This document shows positions 11,719 to 21,537 of a DNA stretch of 64,000 nt, piece by piece. The notes under the pieces are model-generated. The model searched no databases. It was not told where the DNA came from and worked only from the letters and a program-made list of their open reading frames with translations. The stretch's first letter is position 1, and each line of letters begins with the position of its first letter. Location: assembly GCA_937928765.1 (NCBI GenBank), contig CALFVX010000015.1, positions 34,410 through 98,409 of the forward strand, given 5' to 3'. This DNA is from an uncultured Endomicrobiia bacterium (GTDB lineage Bacteria > Elusimicrobiota > Endomicrobiia > DTEH01). A program made the position numbers and the translations under genes.

Positions 11719-12471
11719 TTATTCTCCTATTTTTAAACTATACTTTTTAGTTCTTTGTTTCGCCCATTCCCAACAATACTCGTATAAATGCAATCCTTTT
11801 GAAGAAGCAATAATTTCACCATTTTCAACACCAATCTCTTGTGCCATATACTGTTTTAACAATTCAATACCACCAAGATTTGACGGCATTCCTCCCCATA
11901 AGTCCCAAGAACGAAAATAAATCATGAAATGAAGTTTACCATATCTTATACGTGTATCAATTATTCTGCAACATGGTGGATCATTAAGTTTTATATCCAT
12001 TGGCATACCAATCTCTAATGTACACTGATTTGTTTCAAATCCTTCTTTCTTATAAATATTAATCACTTCCTGAATTGGATTTATATTACAAACTATTTCT
12101 TTTTCTTTTGCATCTTCTGTTGTAATTTTAATTTTAGGATTAACAAGGCGTTCACCATAAGTATAATCTTCAGTAGAAGTTTTTTGGTCAGTAAGAAGAT
12201 AATTAAGATATTCCTGTATATATTCCATAGATGTAGGTGCTGGAATACCACATCCTTCAGGCATTACAGGTATAATTTGATTTTCTGGTTTGCGCACACG
12301 AATAACTATATAATCAAATTCAAGCCGTCTTTGACCTTTATAACTCCCTCGGTCTATTTTATAAATATACCCATAATCCAAAATTTTATCTAAACATTGA
12401 TACCACGCATCGTCTAAATCAAATGCGTCTATAAAAACAGGTGTTAAAAATTTTTCTTCTTTCTTATTCAT
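11719..12471 (-). CDS. thymidylate synthase family protein (ThyA-fold, archaeal-type-like)
   Basis: 250 aa. PPCC...(19 aa)...FRSWDLWGGMPSNLGGIELL aligns with the ThyA catalytic PCH...RSCDVFLGLPFNIASYALL block. The N-terminal half differs from canonical bacterial ThyA. Confidence 0.5.
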   Translation of the reverse strand: MNKKEEKFLTPVFIDAFDLDDAWYQCLDKILDYGYIYKIDRGSYKGQRRLEFDYIVIRVRKPENQIIPVMPEGCGIPAPTSMEYIQEYLNYLLTDQKTSTEDYTYGERLVNPKIKITTEDAKEKEIVCNINPIQEVINIYKKEGFETNQCTLEIGMPMDIKLNDPPCCRIIDTRIRYGKLHFMIYFRSWDLWGGMPSNLGGIELLKQYMAQEIGVENGEIIASSKGLHLYEYCWEWAKQRTKKYSLKIGE

Positions 12472-12475
12472 AGAT

Positions 12476-13468
12476 TTAATCTTTGTAATCAGCTAAATAT
12501 TTATTTTGAGAAATATATTTTTTTACATATTCATATATTGAAAAATAAAAATCTGTAATTGGCCTCTTATATCCTTTAGAAAATAATTTATTCATTTCTG
12601 CTTTTGTATAATACTGATACTGATTTTTTATATTTTCAGGCATATCAATATATTCTATCTGTGGAGTTAAATTTAAAGATTTAAAAACTGAATAAACTAA
12701 TTGATTAAAACTATGTGGTTGGCCACTACCTATGTTATATATTCCTGTTAAATTCTTGTTTTCATAAAAATAAAAAGTCATCTCAACTGCATCTTTTATA
12801 TAAATAAAATCTCTTAGTTGTTCACCATCTTTATATTCTGGCAAATATGATTTAAATAGTCTAACTTTTCCCAAAAATTTTATCTGTTCAAAAGCCTTTA
12901 CAACAAAACTGCGCATATCACCTTTATGATATTCATTAGGTCCGTAAACATTAAAATATTTTAAACCCACTATATTACTTAACAAATTATTATGTTTTGC
13001 CCACAAGTCGAAAAGATGTTTTGAATACCCATACATATTTAGAGGTTTCAAAAGTTCGAGTTTATCTTCATCGTCATAAAATCCTAAACTTCCATCACCA
13101 TAAGTTGCAGCAGATGATGCATAAATAAATCTTATATTTTTTTTAATTGCAAACTTGCAAAGAATTTTTGTATACTCAAAATTGTTTTTTATATAATATC
13201 TAGCATCTGGATGCGTTGTAGAAGAACATGCTCCCATATGAAAAATTGTATCTAATTTTAAATTATCATAAGAACCGTTTTTTATCTGCTCTAGAAAATC
13301 ATCTTTTTCTATATAATCTAAAAATTTAATACCAACAAGATTTTTCCATTTCACATTATCTATTTCATCTACTATAATGATATTATTAATACCTTCTCTG
13401 TTAAGTTTCCATACAATAGCACTACCTATAAATCCTGCAGCGCCTGTTACTATTATTAATTTTTTCAT
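12476..13468 (-). CDS. hldD: ADP-L-glycero-D-manno-heptose-6-epimerase
   Basis: 330 aa; near end-to-end match to RfaD/HldD (IIVTGAAGFIGS, GACSSTT, YASSAATYG, NVYGPNEYHKG, YQYYTKAE). Confidence 0.85.
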   Translation of the reverse strand: MKKLIIVTGAAGFIGSAIVWKLNREGINNIIIVDEIDNVKWKNLVGIKFLDYIEKDDFLEQIKNGSYDNLKLDTIFHMGACSSTTHPDARYYIKNNFEYTKILCKFAIKKNIRFIYASSAATYGDGSLGFYDDEDKLELLKPLNMYGYSKHLFDLWAKHNNLLSNIVGLKYFNVYGPNEYHKGDMRSFVVKAFEQIKFLGKVRLFKSYLPEYKDGEQLRDFIYIKDAVEMTFYFYENKNLTGIYNIGSGQPHSFNQLVYSVFKSLNLTPQIEYIDMPENIKNQYQYYTKAEMNKLFSKGYKRPITDFYFSIYEYVKKYISQNKYLADYKD

Positions 13469-13508
13469 AACTTAAATAATAAAAAATCTTTTGTTTTAAT
13501 TACAAAAT

Positions 13509-14300
13509 TTATTTTTTTTCTACAAGATCTGCAAAAAAGCGTCCTATAAAAATTTTACTTTCTAATCTTACAGGAAGTTTTTCTTTATCTGTAGTAAGAT
13601 ATACAAATAGTCTACCTTTGGCTTTAAACAAAGGGAAACTTTTTGTATCAACTTTAGGCTCTACTTTAAAACATTCATATTCTTTACCGAAAATTTTTAT
13701 ATTTATAATTTCTAATACCTCTATAACCATAGGATAAACAACTTTACCCACCCATACATCTATGGTATATTTTTTACCCACCTCTATATCTTGAAATCTT
13801 AACCAATATAAAGAAGAAACTATATCTTGAACAAAACCATTTATATATCCTGTTGTATTATCCAACAAGTATATCCACCTTTTATTTATATAATCAAACA
13901 ATACATAATCTTTTGAGTGATATCCTGCTTCGTTTTGTTCTTTAAAAAATTTTAGAGAATAAAATCCATAAAAGTCAATATAAGATTCTGTTTTATTTCT
14001 TACTTTATATAAAAGATCAACAGAAGAGTTAGATTTTGTTTTAGTAGATATCTTGTATAGCTTTATGTTATATATATCTTCAAGATTTAAATCTATCTGC
14101 GCATCTCCAGCATAAATGAATTCCCAATAAATTTTATATTTTAAGATTTCTGACTCAAAATGTTTTTCATTTATATTTCTTAAATTGGAGTTCTTTCTTA
14201 CTATTTCTTCTTCAATTTCAACTTTATTTTCTTGACAACATATATTTATGATAAAAAATTTAAAAATAAATAAAATTAAAACAAAAAATTTTTTAAGCAT
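13509..14300 (-). CDS. secreted hypothetical protein, DUF3108-like
   Basis: 263 aa with an N-terminal signal peptide. My recollection of the DUF3108 pattern (..Y.I.W.f..AG.A.i.., C-terminal ...LPVR.E....G...A.LV) is unverified. Embedded between hldD and gmhB. Confidence 0.4.
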   Translation of the reverse strand: MLKKFFVLILFIFKFFIINICCQENKVEIEEEIVRKNSNLRNINEKHFESEILKYKIYWEFIYAGDAQIDLNLEDIYNIKLYKISTKTKSNSSVDLLYKVRNKTESYIDFYGFYSLKFFKEQNEAGYHSKDYVLFDYINKRWIYLLDNTTGYINGFVQDIVSSLYWLRFQDIEVGKKYTIDVWVGKVVYPMVIEVLEIINIKIFGKEYECFKVEPKVDTKSFPLFKAKGRLFVYLTTDKEKLPVRLESKIFIGRFFADLVEKK

Positions 14301-14302
14301 TG

Positions 14303-14833
14303 TTATTTTGTGTTATTTAATATTACATTTACGGCTTCCAAAAAATCTTTAACTACAAATTCAGCTTTAGATTGTATATTTCTATCATTAGATATTAAAA
14401 TAGTTTTAACACCTAAATTTTTACCAAACTCTACATCTATCTCTTTGTCTCCGATCATAAATGATTTATCTTTATCTATCAAATGTTTTATTTCTTTAAC
14501 CATACCTATTTTTGGTTTTCTACATTCGCAATTTTCTTCTGGCAAATGAGGGCAGAAATAAATTTTATACAAATTAACACCATATGAACTTAAAATTTCT
14601 AAAATCTTTTGATGAATTTTATTAAGGTTTTCAATACTAACTAACCCTCTTGAAATACCAGATTGGTTTGTTACAATCACTAATTTAAAATTTTTCTCTA
14701 CTAATTTTTTTAATCCATCAATTACACCATCAAAAAATTCTACCTCTTTTGGATTGTTAAGATAAACTTTATCTACTATTATAGTACCATCTCTGTCTAG
14801 AAAAATTATAGGGAATTTATCATTTGTTGCCAT
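14303..14833 (-). CDS. gmhB: D,D-heptose 1,7-bisphosphate phosphatase (HAD family)
   Basis: 176 aa; HAD motif I FLDRDGTII, followed by VTNQSG, and short length typical of GmhB. Heptose-cluster context. Confidence 0.75.
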   Translation of the reverse strand: MATNDKFPIIFLDRDGTIIVDKVYLNNPKEVEFFDGVIDGLKKLVEKNFKLVIVTNQSGISRGLVSIENLNKIHQKILEILSSYGVNLYKIYFCPHLPEENCECRKPKIGMVKEIKHLIDKDKSFMIGDKEIDVEFGKNLGVKTILISNDRNIQSKAEFVVKDFLEAVNVILNNTK

Positions 14834-15867
14834 AAATCTTTACCTTCTTCTATTTCAAAATTTATTTCTGAATAAAAAATTTTATCAAAATAAACATCAT
14901 TAGATTTGTTTAAAAAATTATTAAATTTGATAGCATCTTTTTTTGTAACTACAACTGGAAAATTTCCTAAATTTTGTAATTTTTGCAGATCTTTTAAACT
15001 ATACCAATAATGGTCAGGATAAAAAATTTTGTGTATAATTTCAAATCCTTCTATATTTAAAATTTTTTCAAAAATTTTTGGTGTTCCTACTCCACAACAT
15101 AAAATAATCTTGTTGTTATTAATAAGAAATTCTTTTAAACAAAAACTTTTTCCACTAAATAGATTTGTAAAACTCACTATCTTATAATAAGAAGTAATTA
15201 TTCTTACTTTTTCATTCATAGATTTGATTTTTTGTTTAAACCTATCCACTGTATCACAAGAAACAATGTTTGTATGATTTAAAAAAACATAATCTGCTCT
15301 TTTTAAAGAACTTTTTAATGTTTCTCTTAATTCTATTAAAGGCAACAAAAAATTTTTTTGAAACTTGAATATATTTATCACCAAAATATTTATATCTTTA
15401 TAGAATGAAAAATTTTGATATCCATCATCAGAAATAATAACTTCTAAATCAAATTTTTCTTTTAAACAATTTATTGCCTTTACTCTGTCATCTGAAACAC
15501 AAACAGGTATTTTTAAATCTGAAAACAACATATATGCTTCATCTCCAGAATAAAATATTGTGGTGTCATCGCATTTTTCTTCTGGATTTAATAAAAAAAC
15601 TTCTTTGTTTTTTTTCTTTTTGTACCCTCTTGTAACTATGGCAACCTTTTTATTTAAAATCTTTAAATCTTCAACAATTTTTTTTACCAAAGTTGTCTTT
15701 CCACTACCTCCTAAATCAGGATTACCTACACATATAATTTTTAAATCTTTAAACTTTTTTTGTTTTTTAGTTTTGATAAATTTAAAAATATTAAAAAATA
15801 AATAATAAATTGATGTTATAAAAATTAAGATCGGAAAAAAGAAATATTTTATTATTTTTCTTTCCAT
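14806..15867 (-). CDS. lpxK: tetraacyldisaccharide 4'-kinase
   Basis: 353 aa. N-terminal TM segment, then P-loop ICVGNPDLGGSGKTT, as in LpxK (VISVGNLTVGGTGKTP). Confidence 0.75.
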   Translation of the reverse strand: MERKIIKYFFFPILIFITSIYYLFFNIFKFIKTKKQKKFKDLKIICVGNPDLGGSGKTTLVKKIVEDLKILNKKVAIVTRGYKKKKNKEVFLLNPEEKCDDTTIFYSGDEAYMLFSDLKIPVCVSDDRVKAINCLKEKFDLEVIISDDGYQNFSFYKDINILVINIFKFQKNFLLPLIELRETLKSSLKRADYVFLNHTNIVSCDTVDRFKQKIKSMNEKVRIITSYYKIVSFTNLFSGKSFCLKEFLINNNKIILCCGVGTPKIFEKILNIEGFEIIHKIFYPDHYWYSLKDLQKLQNLGNFPVVVTKKDAIKFNNFLNKSNDVYFDKIFYSEINFEIEEGKDLWQQMINSL

Positions 15868-16703
15868 CTTTTATGAAACCACATCCATTGTTCCGGATAC
15901 ATTTTTATATATTTTTCTATAATTTTGTTAATTGCTAAAGTATTTACTTCTAAATCTTTTTTTATATCTTTGCTATATTTAAAAACAAATTCTTCTTCAA
16001 AAAAAATTTTGTAATAACTGTTTTCTTTTACACAAAACATAGCAAAAACTTTACTTTTTAACCTTTTGTTTAACAAAGTAATTATTGGTGAAGTAAATGC
16101 AGGCCTGTTTAAAAACTCTACTCTTACAGAACCTTCTACAATATGCTGATCTGGTAATACATAAACAATACCACCAGATTTTAAATATAAGATTATTTCT
16201 TTTATCTGGTGAGAATAAAAAACTTTCCCACCTAACTTTTCTCTTAATTTTTTAACTTGTGCTTCAACTAATTTGTTTCTTAAAGGACGAACTATAGCTG
16301 CTATTTTGTATCCTTCAAGAACTAACCTCTGTGCAAGAATCTCCCAGTTGCCTATATGTGCTGTAAAAATTATACTATTGCCACACAAATTTTTCAGTTT
16401 TTTTTCATTAACAAATCTTGTTTTTAGAAAAATTTTTTTAGGATTATATATATATTTAATTGCAGAAAAAAATGTCCATCCAATGTTATACCACACATTG
16501 TTTATAATATTTAATATTTCTTTGCCTTTATAGTTAGAAAAACTTAAACAAAAATTTTTTAACATTAATCTTTGTCTAGAGTATAAAAAAAATTTAAATA
16601 CTGGAATTAAAAGTTTTAAAAATATTTTTAAAATTTCTTCAGGAGAAATAATAATAAAAAGTTTTATATAATAAGCAAAAATGTATTCTATCCATTCTTT
16701 CAT
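15852..16703 (-). CDS. lipid A biosynthesis acyltransferase (LpxL/LpxM HtrB-MsbB family)
   Basis: 283 aa with the HIGNWE catalytic motif of the LpxL family; adjacent to lpxK. Confidence 0.6.
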   Translation of the reverse strand: MKEWIEYIFAYYIKLFIIISPEEILKIFLKLLIPVFKFFLYSRQRLMLKNFCLSFSNYKGKEILNIINNVWYNIGWTFFSAIKYIYNPKKIFLKTRFVNEKKLKNLCGNSIIFTAHIGNWEILAQRLVLEGYKIAAIVRPLRNKLVEAQVKKLREKLGGKVFYSHQIKEIILYLKSGGIVYVLPDQHIVEGSVRVEFLNRPAFTSPIITLLNKRLKSKVFAMFCVKENSYYKIFFEEEFVFKYSKDIKKDLEVNTLAINKIIEKYIKMYPEQWMWFHKRWKEK

Positions 16704-17497
16704 ACAGCAAAAAGTATTTTTAAATAAAAATCAAAATTTTTTATAAAATCTTTAAAACTCATATTTTTTATTTCTTTCCATTCAATTCTAGGCAATAAAT
16801 AAAAATCTAGATTTTTATTTCTATAAATTAATCCATGTTTTAAAGTAGTTGCGGTTTGATATTTTTCGTTCACAAGAACTTCTTTATAATTTTTAGGAAC
16901 TTTTCCAAAAGGATAACAAAAATGGTTTATTTTAGTATTTAATTCCTTTTCTAAAATTTTCTTTGATTCGCTTAATTCAAAGCTTAAATTTTGTTGACTC
17001 AGTTGTGATAAATCAGAATGAAACAATGTATGAGACCCTACTTCAAAAATATCTAAAATATTTTTTAATTGATTAAAAGAAATCATTTTTGCAGCGCTCA
17101 TATACGGATAAGAATGATACCCATCCTTTATAGCTTTTACATGAACATAAACCGTTGCTTTAAAATTGTATTTTTTAAGTATATTATATGAATTCAATAA
17201 ATCTTCATATCCATCATCAAATGTTATACAAAAAATTTTTTTTATGGATAAATTTTTTTCCAAATGTTCTTTTAGTTCACTAAGTGACACACTGCGATAT
17301 CCACGAAGGTATAAAAAATTCATCTGTTTTTGGAACGTTTCAGGTTTTACATATAAAGATTTTAATCCACCTTGATAATCAGAAATTCTATGGTAAACTA
17401 AAATAAAAGATGTATCTTTGTATTTTAAATAAACAAAAATATAAATACTTAAAAGTAAAAAAATTGTTCCAATAACTTTTTTTATTATTTTGTCCAT
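16700..17497 (-). CDS. polysaccharide deacetylase (NodB homology domain)
   Basis: 265 aa. N-terminal TM/signal segment; NodB motifs (ITFDDGYED..., HT..H). Resembles ArnD/LgmC-type deacetylases. Confidence 0.7.
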   Translation of the reverse strand: MDKIIKKVIGTIFLLLSIYIFVYLKYKDTSFILVYHRISDYQGGLKSLYVKPETFQKQMNFLYLRGYRSVSLSELKEHLEKNLSIKKIFCITFDDGYEDLLNSYNILKKYNFKATVYVHVKAIKDGYHSYPYMSAAKMISFNQLKNILDIFEVGSHTLFHSDLSQLSQQNLSFELSESKKILEKELNTKINHFCYPFGKVPKNYKEVLVNEKYQTATTLKHGLIYRNKNLDFYLLPRIEWKEIKNMSFKDFIKNFDFYLKILFAV

Positions 17498-17498
17498 A

Positions 17499-18575
17499 TT
17501 ACATTCTTTGATAAAATTTTAAATATTCTTCTACCATTGTGGATGGGAAGTTTACAAAAACTAACTTGTTTTTTTTGTCTCTGTATATTTTTATATTCTG
17601 AATTATTTCTTCTATTAACTTTAAAAACTCTTCTAACTTTAATTCATTGGCTATTTTTAAGTAATCCTGATATTGGCCTGCTAGCACTTCTTTTACTTTA
17701 ATTGCTGGTGTTGATACTACCGGAGTTAAAAGGTAAAGACTTTCTGTTACAACTTTGCCCATGCTCTCATATAAAGAACAACATAATACTATGTCACTTG
17801 TAAAAATATAATCATACACATTTGATACAAAACCTGTAAATATAACATTTTCTTTAAGTTTATATTCTTCAACTATATTTAAAATTTTTTTATAAAAACT
17901 TTTTTCTTCTACCGGACCTATAATGAAAAGTTTCACTTTATATCCTTTAATTTTTAATTCTTTTATAATTTCTACAGCAAAATCTTGTTTTTTATTTTTT
18001 TCAATTCTGCCAATGATAGAGAAAACTATTGTATCTTCTGAAATATTGTATCTATTTCTTAAATTATCAAATTTAGTTTTTTCAAAGAACACTTCGTCGT
18101 AAATCACTTTAACTTTATTTTGTGATAATTTAAAATCTTCAACAAGGTCATTTTTAACTTTTTGTGATACTGCTATAACTGCGTTACACAAAAAATATAG
18201 AAACTTATTTATTATTTTTTTTAGCCCCTTTTTTCTGTATTCTACATTTCTGGTAATAAAAACTTTTTTGTTTAAAATTTTACCTAAAAATGTAGCAAAC
18301 CAGTAAAACTTTGGTGAATGGATATCTAAAACTTCAACTTTGTGTTTTAATAAGATATAGAAAATTTTAAAATTAGAAAAAATATCAAAAACATCGCTTA
18401 CAGGATGAATATTATATATCTTTACTTCATTTTTTAACAATATGTTTAACCTACTTGTAGCAAGACAAATTAAAACTACATTATGTCCTTTTTCTTTGAA
18501 TCCTTTTACACAAAGATATACACGTTGGGCACCGCCTGACCAATATTTTGTTGCATCAAACAATGCTATATTCAT
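17499..18575 (-). CDS. glycosyltransferase family 4 (GT-B)
   Basis: 358 aa; C-terminal E-x7-E motif (ESMGKVVTESL) typical of retaining GT4 enzymes. Confidence 0.65.
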   Translation of the reverse strand: MNIALFDATKYWSGGAQRVYLCVKGFKEKGHNVVLICLATSRLNILLKNEVKIYNIHPVSDVFDIFSNFKIFYILLKHKVEVLDIHSPKFYWFATFLGKILNKKVFITRNVEYRKKGLKKIINKFLYFLCNAVIAVSQKVKNDLVEDFKLSQNKVKVIYDEVFFEKTKFDNLRNRYNISEDTIVFSIIGRIEKNKKQDFAVEIIKELKIKGYKVKLFIIGPVEEKSFYKKILNIVEEYKLKENVIFTGFVSNVYDYIFTSDIVLCCSLYESMGKVVTESLYLLTPVVSTPAIKVKEVLAGQYQDYLKIANELKLEEFLKLIEEIIQNIKIYRDKKNKLVFVNFPSTMVEEYLKFYQRM

Positions 18576-18577
18576 AT

Positions 18578-19975
18578 TTATTTTTTACAAAAATATAAAT
18601 TATAAGTTCTTATTATATATCCTCTTCTTAAAACATCATAACTCTTAATAAATTGTGAATTAAAATTTTTCTGTTGTGGTGAAGGTGTCTTCACATCTGA
18701 TTCGTAGTTTATAAAATAAAATTTTTCAGCGAAGTTTTTATCTTTATTCCATATTTCAAACTGTTGTTCTTTGTAGAAAACATTTAATTTTTTGTCTGAA
18801 TAATATAAAATTTCAGAGATAAGTTGATGATTAGTTGTAACTATAGGATATTCTAAATTTTCTTTACTTAAGACTAAAACAAATTCTTTCCATCCATAGA
18901 ACCAGTTTGTAGGATCTGTAAGTGTCAAAGTAGGATTTATTTTTTCTAAAGGGATAATTCTAAAAAGCCCATGAAGATACATTATAAAAACTATAATCAA
19001 ACAAAAAATACTTGAAGGGATCAAAAAAATTTTTTTAAAATTTTGTTTATTAACAAAATAATCTGCAACTAACAAAGCCACCGCTGGATATCCACATAAA
19101 GGCCAGTTCATCTCCGCTATATTTTTATAACTTGTAATTGCAAAAAATAATATAGGTAAAACTGCAAAAATACTAAAAAATTTTATTTTTTTATCTTTTA
19201 TAGAAATACTTCTAAACAATACATAAAAACAAATTATACCTAAAAATATACCCAAAGCTGTGACCTGCCCTGCTATATATGTAATTATGTTATTTAAACT
19301 TCCACTTTTTTGTGGTAATCCGTGAAAAAATTGATACTTAAATGAAATCCAATTATGGCTATAATTCCATATTATAACAGGTAAAAAAATTAAAAATGAA
19401 ATTATAAAGCTTATGTAAGGATGATATGAAAAAAAATATTTTCTATATTCTTTTATAAAAATCATTGACAAAAACATACAAATAATTAGTAAAATACCAT
19501 TATATTTTGACAACAATGCAAATCCACCAAAAATACCTGTAAAAATCCAATAAATAAACTTTCCTTTTTCAAAAGCAAAAAGTAAAAAATATAAAAATAA
19601 AATTGTAAAAAATATCAAAGGTAAATCAGGAGTAATTATAAAGCCTAAACTATTTGAAGGAAAAATGTTAAATACAAATATTGTTAAATAAGCAGTCTCT
19701 TTATTAAAAAATTTTTTCACAAGGTTATAAAATACAAAATTGAAAATTATATAAAAAATAAAAGAAGAAAACCTAACAAAAAACTCTTCATTACTAAATA
19801 ATGTTGTCAATTTTATAATATAGGCAACCATAGGGGGATGATCAAAATATGAAAAATCTAATCTTTGTGACCATAACCAATAATATGCTTCATCTGGGTG
19901 AAGTTCAAATCTAAAAGAAGATATTATTCTTAATATCAAAAAAATAAATATTAAACCTATAGTTAAGTACTTCAT
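18578..19975 (-). CDS. GT83/GT39 membrane glycosyltransferase (ArnT/PMT-like)
   Basis: 465 aa polytopic membrane protein. N-terminal PDEAYYW...DHPP motif is characteristic of the ArnT/PMT undecaprenyl-phosphate-sugar transferases. Confidence 0.6.
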   Translation of the reverse strand: MKYLTIGLIFIFLILRIISSFRFELHPDEAYYWLWSQRLDFSYFDHPPMVAYIIKLTTLFSNEEFFVRFSSFIFYIIFNFVFYNLVKKFFNKETAYLTIFVFNIFPSNSLGFIITPDLPLIFFTILFLYFLLFAFEKGKFIYWIFTGIFGGFALLSKYNGILLIICMFLSMIFIKEYRKYFFSYHPYISFIISFLIFLPVIIWNYSHNWISFKYQFFHGLPQKSGSLNNIITYIAGQVTALGIFLGIICFYVLFRSISIKDKKIKFFSIFAVLPILFFAITSYKNIAEMNWPLCGYPAVALLVADYFVNKQNFKKIFLIPSSIFCLIIVFIMYLHGLFRIIPLEKINPTLTLTDPTNWFYGWKEFVLVLSKENLEYPIVTTNHQLISEILYYSDKKLNVFYKEQQFEIWNKDKNFAEKFYFINYESDVKTPSPQQKNFNSQFIKSYDVLRRGYIIRTYNLYFCKK

Positions 19976-20033
19976 AGCTTTTGAAAACTTTTGTTTTTAT
20001 ACCAAATTTAAGAAACTATTGCAATAAAAAATT

Positions 20034-21512
20034 GTGATTTTATATAAACAAAATATGAAAATGCAAGTTAAAAACAAATATATCTATCTTACAATTATTA
20101 TTTTTTTTTCATTTTTTGGTATGTTTGGCAAACTTTCAGTTGCAGAACTACAACCTCTAGGTTCAGCAGCACACGCTGCTATATCAAGAGAAATATTAAG
20201 AACAAAAGATTGGCTAACTTTACATTGGCCACATTGTGAAGAATTTAAAGATTTTTATCAATTTCCACCACTATTTTTTTGGTTTCAAGCAATATGTTTT
20301 AAAATTTTTGGTATATCAGATGCTACAGCAAAATATGTATCTTCATTTTTTGGTTTTTTAGTAATCATACTTACATTTTTTATAGGCAAAATTATTTCTG
20401 ACAATGATTATATAGGATTTCTTTCAGCGATGAGTTTAATTTTACATCCTTATTTTTTTAAACATGCAAGGAAATGTGAATTAGAGACAGGATTGATATT
20501 TTTTATTTCTTTAGGAATTTTATTTTTTATCCTTGCAGAAAAATATAACAAACAGTGGTTGTTAATTTTTTGTGGTATTTCTTCTGGTTTAGGATTTTTA
20601 TACAAAGGTCCACCTGCATATTGTGTTGCTGCTATAATTTTTTTTTATTATACAATAACAAAACAGTATAAAAAAATTTTTGGAAAGTATTACATATTTT
20701 CTATTCTTATTGCTTTATTACTACCACTATTATGGTTTATACCACAACTTATATACAAAGGAAACGCTGTTATAGAAAAATTTTGGGGAAAGCAAATTTT
20801 ATGGTCAATTAAAGGACGAGGCGTAAATTACAAAAATTTTTTCGAAAGAATTAGAAACTATACATTTTTCTTACCTATTTTTTTTAGTTATTATCTTCCT
20901 TGGAGTATAACAGGAATTTTTGGTGTTATAAAAATTATAAAAGAAAAATTAAAATATTTTTATATTTTAATTATTTGGGTATTAATTGTATGGCTAGGAT
21001 TTACAATTCCAGGATATAAAGACGACTATTATCTTTTAGCATTTTGGCCTGGGTGGTGTGTAATAAACGGATATATATTTTCTTTTTGGAGTAATAATTT
21101 TAAAGAAAAACTTACTAAAATATTTCTAATTCTTAGTATTATATTCTCATTATTAGTAATTTTTACACCAATAAAATTTGACAAAATTCGTAATCCAGAA
21201 TTTAGGATTTTAAAAGAATATGTTAGACAAAAAATTCCAGAAAACAAAAAGATTATTATAAATTCAAAATATTACTATGATATGGTAGCACTAATACCAT
21301 GGTATTGGGATAGAGGTATAATTAGTTTTAATTTCCCTCAAAATTATCAAGAAACAGAATTGATAGAAAACTTTTTAAATATATTATCCAATGAAGAACA
21401 AAAATTTATATTGATAAAAAAAGATGAGTTTAACCTTTTAACTGAAAAGATAAAACAGAAATTATTTATCTTAAAAGATGAAGGAAAATATTATTTATGC
21501 ACAAATAAATAG
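20034..21512 (+). CDS. GT83/GT39 membrane glycosyltransferase (ArnT-like), second copy, divergent
   Basis: 492 aa polytopic membrane protein with an ArnT-like first periplasmic loop. Divergently transcribed from its paralog. Confidence 0.55.
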   Translation: MILYKQNMKMQVKNKYIYLTIIIFFSFFGMFGKLSVAELQPLGSAAHAAISREILRTKDWLTLHWPHCEEFKDFYQFPPLFFWFQAICFKIFGISDATAKYVSSFFGFLVIILTFFIGKIISDNDYIGFLSAMSLILHPYFFKHARKCELETGLIFFISLGILFFILAEKYNKQWLLIFCGISSGLGFLYKGPPAYCVAAIIFFYYTITKQYKKIFGKYYIFSILIALLLPLLWFIPQLIYKGNAVIEKFWGKQILWSIKGRGVNYKNFFERIRNYTFFLPIFFSYYLPWSITGIFGVIKIIKEKLKYFYILIIWVLIVWLGFTIPGYKDDYYLLAFWPGWCVINGYIFSFWSNNFKEKLTKIFLILSIIFSLLVIFTPIKFDKIRNPEFRILKEYVRQKIPENKKIIINSKYYYDMVALIPWYWDRGIISFNFPQNYQETELIENFLNILSNEEQKFILIKKDEFNLLTEKIKQKLFILKDEGKYYLCTNK

Positions 21513-21537
21513 AATTAAATTCTATTCAACTTTTTAT

